64,000 bases of DNA. Origin: Promethearchaeota archaeon (lineage in GTDB: Archaea; Asgardarchaeota; Heimdallarchaeia; Hodarchaeales; Hodarchaeaceae). Below the pieces are notes generated by a model that saw only the letters and a program-made list of their open reading frames with translations, ran no database searches and was not told the DNA's origin. The position numbers and the translations under genes were made by a program. The stretch is from assembly GCA_048938105.1 (NCBI GenBank), contig JBHLMN010000010.1, positions 128,001-192,000 on the forward strand, read 5' to 3'. Each line of letters begins with the position of its first letter. Position 1 is the first letter of the stretch. Below, piece by piece: positions 30,998 through 41,479 of this stretch.

Positions 30998-31990
30998 TTG
31001 TATCAAACCAAAATTAATTATATCCAAAACCAAGAATCAAATTTCTCTAGAAATGGCTGTGTTGAATTAATAGTGGACGTAGTATTTGAGAAGAACATTT
31101 CAACAGGTAATATGTTTATTGTTAAACATTCACTTATCGTGTACTTCCTACTAGCCTATATAATATCTTGGGCTGGTTGGATACCACTTATAATAATAAC
31201 TGTTGCTTCTTCATCGATACAATGGATGACATTAATGACTATAGGCATTATTGGTCCTCTTCTTGCTTCAATAATCACAATAAGTATAATTCATGGGAAA
31301 AAAGGTATAACAGAGTTTCTTGGCAGAATATTTGCATGGAGAGTACCTTATATCTGGTATTTGGCTGCTTTTGCAATAGCGGTTATTATTTGGCTTTTAC
31401 CAACAATTATCCATATTTGTTTAAGTGGAACCCCTCCAGTATTATTTAGTAAAACACCTTATATTCCCTCTTCTTGTACCTTTCTTCAGATTCACGATAA
31501 CACCCTCCTGTGTATAATCCTTCAGTTTATCACGATTTTTCTAATTAATGGTATTACGGAGGAACCAGGATGGAGAGGTACTGCATTACCCAAACTTCAA
31601 GAGAAGTATAATGCGGTATTCTCCAGTATAATCATTGGAATCATCCATGCATGCTGGCACTTACCACTATACTTCATTCCTGGGTCTACTAAATACTTTG
31701 CTAATACAGGAAAACTTCTTCTCCCCTTTATATCCTTCGTTATTGTTACAGTCTTATGTTCATTCATCTATACCTGGCTTTACAATTCAACAGAAAGTAT
31801 TCTATTCCCCATGATCTTTCATACGATATGGAATTTATCTATTGAGTTATTAAGACCTCCCACGGCAGGGTATCCTGTTGGATATGATGTGATTTTAATA
31901 GCAGTAGAATTTGTTTGGGTTCTGTTATTGATCCACTTCTTTGGAAGTGAAAGACTAACAAGAAGATCAAGAGAAAGTGATCAGAATTGA
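30998..31990 (+). CDS. CPBP (CAAX/Abi) intramembrane glutamic endopeptidase
   Basis: EEPGWRG, WHLPL, HxxxN (HTIWN); true start probably near 31112. Confidence 0.9.
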   Translation: MYQTKINYIQNQESNFSRNGCVELIVDVVFEKNISTGNMFIVKHSLIVYFLLAYIISWAGWIPLIIITVASSSIQWMTLMTIGIIGPLLASIITISIIHGKKGITEFLGRIFAWRVPYIWYLAAFAIAVIIWLLPTIIHICLSGTPPVLFSKTPYIPSSCTFLQIHDNTLLCIILQFITIFLINGITEEPGWRGTALPKLQEKYNAVFSSIIIGIIHACWHLPLYFIPGSTKYFANTGKLLLPFISFVIVTVLCSFIYTWLYNSTESILFPMIFHTIWNLSIELLRPPTAGYPVGYDVILIAVEFVWVLLLIHFFGSERLTRRSRESDQN

Positions 31991-31995
31991 AGAGA

Positions 31996-33303
31996 TTAAT
32001 GGAGAAATGAAAACTCTAGAAACCACCCAATATTTTGAGTAAGATCATAGAGAGGATCAATGTTTTCAGGATGAGCTGGTGCTGTGATTGAAAGAGTCAC
32101 AGTCCTTTGGTCAGAAATAACTTCCAAATTAGGACAAAAGTCTCCTATCAACCTATTAAAAGTTCTTGCTATCTCAGTTCTTTCTTTGAATGAGTTTAAT
32201 AACTCTTTTGGTTCCGCTTTAACTTCTATCCCCTCAAACGCATTACTAAATCTGAATTCTTTTCTTTCCATTTGATAAGTCTTCATTGAAATCTTAAATG
32301 GGATCAGAGGCAATTCCTTACTCCCAATCACAGAAATTATTTTAACATCCCAATTAAAGGTGACAGTCTTGAAATATCCTATATTGAATCTAATCTCTGC
32401 AGAAGTGTCAGAAATTTTATGATCACTAGCAAAATAACATTTATCAGATATTTTTTCTTTAATCTGCTCCAGAAGTTTCGTTTCCTGCATTGATGTTGTA
32501 GTAATATCTTGTGTAATATCAACTACTTTTTCGGGCTTATAAGAAACTGATTTCCCATAGGAAACATCTCTTGGGAAATCTCTAAACTGCTGTTTCCTAC
32601 TAGGGATTCTTTCGAAGATCCTTCTAGCTGAAGCTCTGTGTTGAACTGTAGATAATGAAGTTACATTTGCTAGAATAGATATCAGATCAAGAAGAGCACC
32701 TACATACCGTACATTAGTATGATCAGATCTAATAATAACATCAATTGAATTTCCAGCTAGTTCTAATTTACATTCCTTTAAATCAGAAATAGCTGCGATT
32801 TTTGATGCAATCTGAAAATTATTATCACTTAAATACGATTGTAAGAAAATTGGGTCAGAAGCCTGGATAAATAATCGTTTATCTAATAAGGAATGTCCAA
32901 GTTGAACATTTTCTCCTCCAAAAACTCTGTTAAAAAATCCCTCTTTCTTGACTATTACTGAAAAATTACCCTTAATGGGCTTTTCAATAACAAGGTTTGA
33001 AGAAAGGATAAGATCCTGTTTATGATGTTTTCCACTTCTATACACCTTGTATTTCAACAACAGGTCACGAATAGGGTAATTATCGACTCTCGGAGAGGCA
33101 TAAATCTCAGGGTTTGAAAAGAATCCACCTTCCGAAACAATAGTCACTTGTAAATCAGGAAATTGGTTCTCAATCATTGCTTTCGCTGATTCTGAAAACT
33201 CTTTTTCTTTTACAGTGCTATAATAAATCAATATTATGATAAAGATGAAGAAGAGTAAAAAAAAAGGGATAATAAACACAGAACCATCTGCCATTTTAAC
33301 CAC
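31996..33303 (-). CDS. Hypothetical protein with N-terminal TM anchor
   Basis: 435-aa ORF with a single N-terminal hydrophobic helix. Confidence 0.75.
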   Translation of the reverse strand: MVKMADGSVFIIPFFLLFFIFIIILIYYSTVKEKEFSESAKAMIENQFPDLQVTIVSEGGFFSNPEIYASPRVDNYPIRDLLLKYKVYRSGKHHKQDLILSSNLVIEKPIKGNFSVIVKKEGFFNRVFGGENVQLGHSLLDKRLFIQASDPIFLQSYLSDNNFQIASKIAAISDLKECKLELAGNSIDVIIRSDHTNVRYVGALLDLISILANVTSLSTVQHRASARRIFERIPSRKQQFRDFPRDVSYGKSVSYKPEKVVDITQDITTTSMQETKLLEQIKEKISDKCYFASDHKISDTSAEIRFNIGYFKTVTFNWDVKIISVIGSKELPLIPFKISMKTYQMERKEFRFSNAFEGIEVKAEPKELLNSFKERTEIARTFNRLIGDFCPNLEVISDQRTVTLSITAPAHPENIDPLYDLTQNIGWFLEFSFLH

Positions 33304-33495
33304 GACATCTATTCAAACCAGATGAAGTGTCTCTTCTTTATAACTTATTTGATTGCAGAACAAATAATATTTTCTGTTGTAACTCCAATAACTCATGGTA
33401 ACAATGAGATCTTTAATTTTTTTGAACATGCATCAATAACAAACGCCGCTTCAATTGAAATACTAAGTTATTCCTCTTTTCCGTGATCCTCAAAG

Positions 33496-33509
33496 ACTCC
33501 TTAAGGAGT
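33496..33509. promoter_or_regulatory. Perfect 14-bp palindrome between divergent genes
   Basis: actccttaaggagt. Confidence 0.3.
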
Positions 33510-33617
33510 TTCATGTTATCTTGAAAAAATTTAGAGGAATATTCTCTTTAATAAATCATCAGATATTTAAAGAAGAATATGATCAGTCAGTTATCATAAG
33601 TAAAAAATGGTGGTTGA

Positions 33618-35441
33618 ATGAGTAAAAACAATACCACAATTTTTAAGTTTGTTAATCTGCTTTCACTGATCGCAGCAATAGCTGGTACCGCAGCTCTATT
33701 AATAGGAATTGATTTACAGGTTATTGGAGGCTGGTTCCTTTTATTAGGAGCTGAGATTATTTTTTGGATAATGTTAGAGAGAGATATTAGGATTACTCGT
33801 TATTTTGGGGGGATAACTTCTTTTATTTTGGTAGCGTTAACCACTTTCGTAATAATAGGTGATTATACAATATTATTTTCTCGATATGACATCTTGTTTT
33901 TAGTTATCTATCTACCATTTCGGACTATCTATCTTGGGATACCTCATGAAAGATTGACATTTGCAATTTTATTTTCTTCTGTTGCAACTATTTTTTCTTC
34001 AATATTACTTGTTTTCACAGATGACTTTGCTTTCGTTTATTATACAGCAGCTATAATTTTCATTGGTGGTGAACTATTATATTTCTGGAAAAGAGATGAG
34101 GAGGAGCTATATCACCGGGTGTTTGGGATGTTCCCCACTGTATTTGTCTTACTACTATTATTTCTCGTATTTGCACCTATTGAAAACACACCTGATATCC
34201 GCCTAGATTTGTTTATAATTCTCATATACTGCCCTTTTCGGATCATTGAAAGTAGTTTACCCAAAAGTGCCACAAAAGGCCGAACAGTGGCATTTCAAGT
34301 ATTCTATAGCTTTTTAGGTTTAGGATTATTAGCTTTAACAATTACTTTGGAAGCTTTACTTGCTTTGGGAACATTTGAACCTCAAATACCAAGTTATGTT
34401 GACAAGTCTTGGTCTTTATTAGAATTCACTTTTGACTTACTAGAACCTACTCCTTTGTGGTTATTAGGTGGATTTCTGTTTTTAACATTTCACTCGTTAG
34501 ACATTGGTGTCCTTTTTCTGGGTGGTCTCGTTATCTTTATTATCAGTGAGATTATCTTTTTCTTTAAGCTAGGAGTTGATATACTCTCCAAAGAGAGAAG
34601 TATCACAAGAGATTCAATATACTTCAAATTACATGCCATATTATGGTATTTAGGAATTCTAGCAGCTGCCTATGGTCTCTATATAGCAATTTTTGTGCTA
34701 GGTGATAACGAAAAGTTTTTAGAAGCTTCCAATCTGATAAAATTAATATCAATACTTTTGGTTGTTTATTTACTAATTAAATTACTTCTGAATTGTATCA
34801 CAACAACATTTTGGGCTCCAACAACAATTACTCTTCTTAGTCAAATAAGTTTTATAGCTGGTACTTTAATTCCATATGCATTTACTGAACCAATAGTTGT
34901 AGAAAACATACAAATTGAACCTTTCATGCTAGGAGTCACACTTGGCGTTGCAGCGGTTATATCTTTGCTAATCGCGACCTATACTATTACAGAACGCCTG
35001 AAATCGTTTATATTATATCTTTGGGCCGGTTGGGCCGCGATTGAATTAATCGTATCCATTTTTGGCCTTCTAGAGCAAAATAATGATTTAATATTTGTTG
35101 CAGTACCGTTAACTATTTTGACCATGTTAATGACTATTATTTCTTCAAGAGAACGATGGTGGGCGACTGGAAAAGGCCCAGTGAGCGCCCCTAGCCCTCC
35201 ACCACCATCTACCCCACCTCCGATTTCTCCACCACCATCTGGTTTGGAAAGCCCTCCATCAGCAACCAGACCACCTAGCCCTCCACCGACAACAGATCTA
35301 CGAGGCCCTCCATCAGAAGCTAGTCCTCCAAGTCCTCCATCGGATGTTAGTCCGCTAGATCAGGAACTATCTGAATTAAAGAAAAAAGAGCGAAGCGATA
35401 AATTGAAAAAGATGATGCAAGAAGAACTTGAGAAGTATTAG
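33618..35441 (+). CDS. Polytopic membrane protein with Pro-rich C-terminal tail
   Basis: Many TM segments, then PSPPPPSTPPP... and a charged terminal helix. Confidence 0.85.
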   Translation: MSKNNTTIFKFVNLLSLIAAIAGTAALLIGIDLQVIGGWFLLLGAEIIFWIMLERDIRITRYFGGITSFILVALTTFVIIGDYTILFSRYDILFLVIYLPFRTIYLGIPHERLTFAILFSSVATIFSSILLVFTDDFAFVYYTAAIIFIGGELLYFWKRDEEELYHRVFGMFPTVFVLLLLFLVFAPIENTPDIRLDLFIILIYCPFRIIESSLPKSATKGRTVAFQVFYSFLGLGLLALTITLEALLALGTFEPQIPSYVDKSWSLLEFTFDLLEPTPLWLLGGFLFLTFHSLDIGVLFLGGLVIFIISEIIFFFKLGVDILSKERSITRDSIYFKLHAILWYLGILAAAYGLYIAIFVLGDNEKFLEASNLIKLISILLVVYLLIKLLLNCITTTFWAPTTITLLSQISFIAGTLIPYAFTEPIVVENIQIEPFMLGVTLGVAAVISLLIATYTITERLKSFILYLWAGWAAIELIVSIFGLLEQNNDLIFVAVPLTILTMLMTIISSRERWWATGKGPVSAPSPPPPSTPPPISPPPSGLESPPSATRPPSPPPTTDLRGPPSEASPPSPPSDVSPLDQELSELKKKERSDKLKKMMQEELEKY

Positions 35442-35716
35442 GGATTATTTTCCCTGGACGAGCACAACATCGAAAAATTTGATGTTAAAATATTGCAATT
35501 TCATTGGGGTAACTAATTTACCATTACCCGACAATATAATAGATGTTTGCTGAAAATAAGAGAATTAATTGTAGATATGTTAATATAAAAATAGAGAAGT
35601 TAAGAGTTTTTAAGAGTATTTTAAAGGGAAAATCATCCCGTACTACATTTGTGTACAAATTCTTTAGATAATAATTAATGTTTGAATAGGGGAGAGGAAA
35701 ATAAGAGAGTGGGAAT

Positions 35717-36235
35717 ATGAATAGTGACAACTGGATACTAAAAATTAATTTAGTAGGAGTCCCTCATAGCTTAGCAATGGATTTAACTCATTTGGTTAAT
35801 CCAAATAGAAACTCTATTTGCTCAGTGCTTGATACAATTGGTGTAGATGTAAATACTGAGAATATACGTGTGGATAATGAAATCGTAAGGATGATCTTTT
35901 GTAATGTAAATGCTGACAATAAATATAGAGAACTACGTCAAGCATATTACCAAGGGGCTTTTGCAGCGGTATTTTTCTTCTTGAAGGATGATTTGGAGGC
36001 ACTAAATAAAATAAGAGATTTACATACAGAATTCACATTAAGTTCGTCTGAGGATTCCCAAAGAGCGTTAGTAGGAATAGTGGACGAAACAAATGGAAAC
36101 AAAAAATCTCAAGCAGAAGATTTAGCCAAAATATTAGGAATACCTTATTATGAGATGAAAAACACTGATAACATTGGCTTTAATGAAATGATCACAGAAT
36201 TAGTAAGCATTCATATAGATTCTTTAAAAAGTTGA
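35717..36235 (+). CDS. Degenerate Rab-like small GTPase
   Basis: LKINLVG, DTIGVD, YRELRQAYYQGA, IPYYE retain the Rab pattern; G1, G3, G4 and G5 residues replaced. Confidence 0.75.
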   Translation: MNSDNWILKINLVGVPHSLAMDLTHLVNPNRNSICSVLDTIGVDVNTENIRVDNEIVRMIFCNVNADNKYRELRQAYYQGAFAAVFFFLKDDLEALNKIRDLHTEFTLSSSEDSQRALVGIVDETNGNKKSQAEDLAKILGIPYYEMKNTDNIGFNEMITELVSIHIDSLKS

Positions 36236-36296
36236 AATAAGGGGTAGGGGAATTTTCTTCAAGAGAATTCGCCCAACATCATTCCCGATTCATCTG

Positions 36297-37196
36297 TTAT
36301 GAGACTCTATTCACCTTAGCAATTAAGAACATGGATAATAATATGAATAAAACCCCAAAGTAAATCCAAATAGTATAGAACTGCTGTACAACAATAAATT
36401 CAAATAATAATGGAACAAGAACTTGAAGAATAAGGAAAAAAGAAGTATTAACTGACCCGAGTCTTGCAACGGCCCAAGAATTGAGACCGAAGGCAATAAT
36501 TTGCGGAAGAACTCCTAGAAAAACAAGTAGTGGGATTATTCTCCTAGGTATGAATCCAAACAAGTCAGAAGTGAAACAAGAAAAGATGATCAAGGGAAGG
36601 AGAGTATAAAAATTGATAGCATAAATAAAATTTAGAGGATTAATGTGATTATCTTCAGTTTTTGTGATATCAAGATATTTACTCGATAAAACAATGTAGA
36701 ACGCCCACAGTATAGCAGCGAGGAGTGAGATGATTATTCCAAGGTTTAATGCACTTGATTGGCTAGTCCAATCTCCATTATAACTAATAAGAAATATACC
36801 TACAAGAGAAATAAGTGCAGTACATATTATTTTAGTAGTTAGTATTTTTCCTTCAATTTTCCAAGCAATAAATGGAACAATGACAACGAAAGAGGAGGTT
36901 AACAAGGTAGAAAGCCCTGCAGTCGTAAGTTTCTGACCAATCGTGGCTGCAGGATAAGCAAGGGCATTTAGAAACCCTATTAGGACACAAGTCTTAGAAG
37001 ACAAAAGAGAAAATCCCTCCTGTCTATGAAACAAAAACATAAACACTGTTAATATTACCACAGCTATTCCAAATCTTATCGTTAAAATGGTAATCGGATT
37101 CAGATAATTTAGAAGATCCTCAACAACTAAGGGTGTGATTCCCCATATAATGGTGGCAAATAGAAGATAAACATTTGCTTGCTGATGGGACTGCAC
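36297..37196 (-). CDS. DMT/EamA family transporter
   Basis: IWG, IRF, about 10 TM in two repeats. Confidence 0.88.
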   Translation of the reverse strand: MQSHQQANVYLLFATIIWGITPLVVEDLLNYLNPITILTIRFGIAVVILTVFMFLFHRQEGFSLLSSKTCVLIGFLNALAYPAATIGQKLTTAGLSTLLTSSFVVIVPFIAWKIEGKILTTKIICTALISLVGIFLISYNGDWTSQSSALNLGIIISLLAAILWAFYIVLSSKYLDITKTEDNHINPLNFIYAINFYTLLPLIIFSCFTSDLFGFIPRRIIPLLVFLGVLPQIIAFGLNSWAVARLGSVNTSFFLILQVLVPLLFEFIVVQQFYTIWIYFGVLFILLSMFLIAKVNRVS

Positions 37197-37320
37197 AATG
37201 AAGTAACGAAGTTAGAAAGAAATAAATCTTCACCCTCCATCTGGAGATCTAATTCAATGATAATATGACTTATCGGAAATATTTATTAATTCATGACCTC
37301 GAACCTATAACTGGATTCAT

Positions 37321-37992
37321 ATGTTGTACCACTTTCTGCTTGAGATTCAACATGATTGCCCGTTTTCAAACTTCTCTCGTGATCATAAGGAAGTAGAAAT
37401 TCTACTATGGTGTAATCATTCTCACCATGATGTCTTAGAATTAAGAGGAGATAGTCCTGCTCTTGAAAATGCAATTAAAGATATTGAAGATAAATTAGGG
37501 ACTATCATTAAGATATACCCAGAACATAACCAAGTTCAACTAGTTATCAAACTATGTGAATGTTCTAAACTTCCGCTTGCTTCAATCTATGAAAAGCATG
37601 ATTGTGTTGAACTCCTTCCAGTGAAGTTCTTGGCTGGTCGAGAAGTAGTGAACTTAATAATCACTGCAGAGGATGCAGGATTAATTTTAGAAGACATTCA
37701 TAAAGAAGATCCATTAACCAAAGTTAGCGTGATAAAGTTAGCACCGTTAAAGACATCATATAACCCTATTCCGATTCTTCTTTCTTTGGATGACCTGAAA
37801 AACAACCTTAGCCCACGTCAGTTTGAAGCAATAACTAATGCATACAATAGTGGATACTATGAATTACCCCGGAACGTTTTAATTGATTCACTTGCAGAGG
37901 AGATGCATATTCATAGAAGAACATATGAGGAGCATCTACGGAAAGCGGAAAGGAAAATCATGAATTTGTTAATCCCATCCCTAATCATTTAA
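37321..37992 (+). CDS. HTH_10 (Bat-like) transcriptional regulator
   Basis: HDCP at N-terminus; LSPRQ..AYNSGYYELPR...EHLRKAERK. Confidence 0.9.
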   Translation: MLYHFLLEIQHDCPFSNFSRDHKEVEILLWCNHSHHDVLELRGDSPALENAIKDIEDKLGTIIKIYPEHNQVQLVIKLCECSKLPLASIYEKHDCVELLPVKFLAGREVVNLIITAEDAGLILEDIHKEDPLTKVSVIKLAPLKTSYNPIPILLSLDDLKNNLSPRQFEAITNAYNSGYYELPRNVLIDSLAEEMHIHRRTYEEHLRKAERKIMNLLIPSLII

Positions 37993-38060
37993 CACCGAGT
38001 GGGTTCACTACTCTCAATTTAGAGAATTATATTTAATGAGGTCAAACTTATATTTTATCC

Positions 38061-39074
38061 CTAAATCACTGACTCTGTAGTGTATTCATTTTCACAGGGA
38101 CTGCCCTCACACACTTCTACTTCATGTGCGCCCAAGGTTGCTACCCAAGACCAAAGGGTACTTTGCACATCGAAATGATCACATACACCATGTTTATGAT
38201 CTCTCAAGATTGATTTTACCGCGTTAATAGTGATTGGTTTCGTATGGATAGCATACCAATTTTTGATCCCTTCAAGACGGGATAGAGTAGTATGCGCATT
38301 TGCTTCGGTGATTTTAAGCTCGAATTTTCTCATTTCTTCAGACTGAAAGTGATTTGTAGCAATAAGAAACTCATCTTGAGTGTATGTAGTACTAACTTTG
38401 TTGGGAGAAGCTTCTACGCGAGCAGCCGTCCCACTTTTATCAACAATTAGATAAAGATTGGCCTCACTAAGTGGAACCTGTTCTAAAAAATCGACTGCAT
38501 CTTGTACGTCACGAAAACTGTCTAAAATCCATCGAATCGTCATGTTTAACATGAGGGCGGGTTGGATCTTACCATTGTAATATGCAGCCGTTGTGCAACC
38601 ACAAGCTAATCCTGCTTCATTGACACCACCAAAACCTCCAACGTAGTGGTCGGTAAATAGCACACTCCGCAATTTATTTGTGGGGTGTATGTGATGCACC
38701 GCAAAATACTCCTGAACTTCTGTTAACCAATCGTAATTCCGTGCAATCAGTGGTTTTCCACTTTTTGTGTGCTTAGCTGGAATAGTAAAGACTGTACAGT
38801 GGTTTAGAGGGGAAGAAGTATAAAAACCTTTGATGTAGGAACAGTCATATAAAATCAAAGCATTTAACTGTTCTTTTTCTAGAGTAGATGCATCAGCTAT
38901 TCCTTGAAGCTCCTCTACCAAACCAGGTGTGTGTTGTTCCATTACTTTTTCACAATTTGTGGCCCATTCCAATCTTTCATCACTTGCTTTTGGAAGAGTA
39001 AGTCTTCCTGTGATCATCTTACCAAGTTGGGTTCCCATCTCATAATAAGAACCCTTTAATTTCATTCTTTCCAT
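38061..39074 (-). CDS. C45 family autoproteolytic acyltransferase/hydrolase
   Basis: CT nucleophile, ARNYDW, GVNEAGL, TNHF. Confidence 0.9.
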   Translation of the reverse strand: MERMKLKGSYYEMGTQLGKMITGRLTLPKASDERLEWATNCEKVMEQHTPGLVEELQGIADASTLEKEQLNALILYDCSYIKGFYTSSPLNHCTVFTIPAKHTKSGKPLIARNYDWLTEVQEYFAVHHIHPTNKLRSVLFTDHYVGGFGGVNEAGLACGCTTAAYYNGKIQPALMLNMTIRWILDSFRDVQDAVDFLEQVPLSEANLYLIVDKSGTAARVEASPNKVSTTYTQDEFLIATNHFQSEEMRKFELKITEANAHTTLSRLEGIKNWYAIHTKPITINAVKSILRDHKHGVCDHFDVQSTLWSWVATLGAHEVEVCEGSPCENEYTTESVI

Positions 39075-39786
39075 GGTTTTATATCCTCATTCAATATAAG
39101 CAAATTTCCTTCACAAAAGTGACATTAAAGTTATTGATTTTTTATATTCTTTTCCATTAGGGAGTTTAGAATCATTTACCACCATATAAGAGGAGATCTT
39201 ATCTAACTTTATGTTTTAATAAATCGATAGGGTCATCTCACCTTGTGAGGGTCATTAATCTCTAAATAACAATGATATTACTTGATAAATAGACTAATTA
39301 CAATGGAAATTGAACCTAGTTAATAAGAATTTCGCTAGAGGCAACTAATTGGAAATTAAAGTAAAATTAAGGACTTTCTCGGAAACAGATTTAATATGGT
39401 GCTATTTAAAATCAGTAGTAGCACAAAGCATAATTTTAAGCTTTTAGGGAAAAGATAATATAATATGACTAGTATATGATGTCATTGGCTGCATTTTATA
39501 ATTGCTTTGTATCTAATAAGAAAATCAATCCTTGAAAATACTTCATTAGATTCGTTTGATAAGAAAATAACAAGAATTATAATTTCCCTTATAAAAGAAT
39601 GAGGAATAAAGAAGAGGAAAAAATGTTGTTAAATCCGAAATTCTCTTCCCCCCAAAGCTAATTCTTAAAAGAAACAATCAGGGAAAGCTGTAATCAATGT
39701 AAAACAATCGACTTCGTTTGAGGGTCTTGAATAAGATCGTTTAGACGGGAGAAAAGTATTCAATTCTCAAGAAAGGAGAATTCAAC

Positions 39787-41067
39787 ATGAATAGTTATCC
39801 AGATAAGCAATACAGACCGACCAGTGACTTTGTAGTAAGAGCTGCTTACTCAAAAATTCGACGAGGAAAAATAATTGAGATAAGCATCTATCTTAGCTGC
39901 ATATCAATTATAGGTTATGTGTGGGTGTGGCTTTTAGCGATCTGGTGGTTACTTTCTTTCAGAAGAGTAGATGAAGAATTTATCGCCGTATGGAAAAATG
40001 TTCCAGAATTTGAGGAACAATATCCATTTCAACGTAGGTATCACGAACTAATTACCAGTAATTGGTCTTATCAACAGAAACTTCGATCGAAAAACACAAC
40101 AAAAATGCTTCTTATGGTAATCCTTGCTATCCCTTTCCTTGGTTACGCTCTTGTCCTTGTTGCAACAGCTCTGACACTTGGAATCATACTTCTTGTCTAT
40201 TATTACCTATTACAAATCCCAAATAAATATTTATCAAAAATCATTAAACAGGAATCACAAATTTTTCGTAAGACCCAAGTTCGGCCTCAACCTTCGACTG
40301 AAAGGGGGATTTTTTGTGAGAGATGTGGGACAAATCTCCCAGAAAGAGCCCGTTTCTGTGATACCTGCGCTTATCCAGTTAGAATTCCAAAAGAAGAAAA
40401 AATAGCCTTTAAACAAGTCAGTTTTCGACAGGCAGTTGAGCTCTTAGATTCCGAGAGATACCACCGTGGAACACAAATGGACATCGAATTTGAATGCGTA
40501 GCCCTTCAACCTGCATCTCCGGAAAAATATGGTAGACCAGCACCTTATAGAACAATTCGAGTAACAGACCCAGGTCAGTTAATGACTCGTACACTCCATG
40601 TATGGGGAGATCCAGGTCATAGATATAATATTGAGCTGGTTTCTTCAGTTGAACCAGGAGATAGACTGCTTATTATTGGCCCCAGAAGACCAAAAGACTC
40701 CCCGTATTATAAGGACGAAAATAATAGGGATGTTTTCTGGATAGAACGATGGGATGGAACGATTGCTGATTCAGGAACAAGGCTAGTAAAACTAGAAGAC
40801 ATCTCAACCATGAAAGTAGAAGAAGAAGTCCCTATAGAAAAACCACAGGATCTAATTGAAGTCGCTAAGGCTCCGCTTTCCACTAAACCAGAGATCATAA
40901 CACCACCATTCTACTGTCAACTTTGTAGTATCAAGCACAAGGCAGGCACACCACGAATGCAGTGTGATGCCTGTGGAAGACTCGTCTGTATCGAAGCGTT
41001 TGCAGAGATGGCACAAGTCGGACGAACCAATTGCCCTATGTGTGATGGAAAATTAAGCTCCATTTAA
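39787..41067 (+). CDS. Membrane protein with zinc-ribbon, OB-like region and C-terminal RING-like Cys cluster
   Basis: N-terminal TMs; FCERCG..ARFCDTCA ribbon; CQLC..CDACG..C..CPMC at the C-terminus. Confidence 0.75.
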   Translation: MNSYPDKQYRPTSDFVVRAAYSKIRRGKIIEISIYLSCISIIGYVWVWLLAIWWLLSFRRVDEEFIAVWKNVPEFEEQYPFQRRYHELITSNWSYQQKLRSKNTTKMLLMVILAIPFLGYALVLVATALTLGIILLVYYYLLQIPNKYLSKIIKQESQIFRKTQVRPQPSTERGIFCERCGTNLPERARFCDTCAYPVRIPKEEKIAFKQVSFRQAVELLDSERYHRGTQMDIEFECVALQPASPEKYGRPAPYRTIRVTDPGQLMTRTLHVWGDPGHRYNIELVSSVEPGDRLLIIGPRRPKDSPYYKDENNRDVFWIERWDGTIADSGTRLVKLEDISTMKVEEEVPIEKPQDLIEVAKAPLSTKPEIITPPFYCQLCSIKHKAGTPRMQCDACGRLVCIEAFAEMAQVGRTNCPMCDGKLSSI

Positions 41068-41166
41068 AGGGAATAAAATACTCGTGATTGCCTTATATTA
41101 TACTAAAAAACTGTAAATTTTCGTTTAATATAGTACCGTAGAGACCTGTGGGAGATTTTTTATCTC

Positions 41167-41258
41167 AATTCGATCAGAAAGGTTCCCCATAATAAATAGG
41201 GGTCTTTAACTGGAATAAAAGAAATTCTCGGAAATATTTCGATTCCTCTGATCGAATT
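41167..41258. repeat. 12-bp perfect inverted repeat enclosing 68 nt with internal hairpins
   Basis: aattcgatcaga (41167-41178) and tctgatcgaatt (41247-41258). Confidence 0.6.
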
Positions 41259-41479
41259 ACCAATAAGGATTTCTTCATAAGAAATCTATATACTAGGTAA
41301 TTGTGATGTGAAACAGTCGTTTAAGTGGCTTGAAGACCATTTTCATTGATGATGGGGGAGTACTCAATGACAATAATCTTCGAACTCTTAAGTGGAAAGA
41401 CCTTGTCAGTAAATTCTTTCCACCTCAAGCTTAGCGAGTAGGTTTAAGCCGATAAAAAATCCGTAAAAATCATCCATTT

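Noticed and set aside
39075-39786. Long intergenic gap as possible RNA gene or replication origin
   Set aside because: No tRNA fold, ORB-like repeats or credible ORF seen
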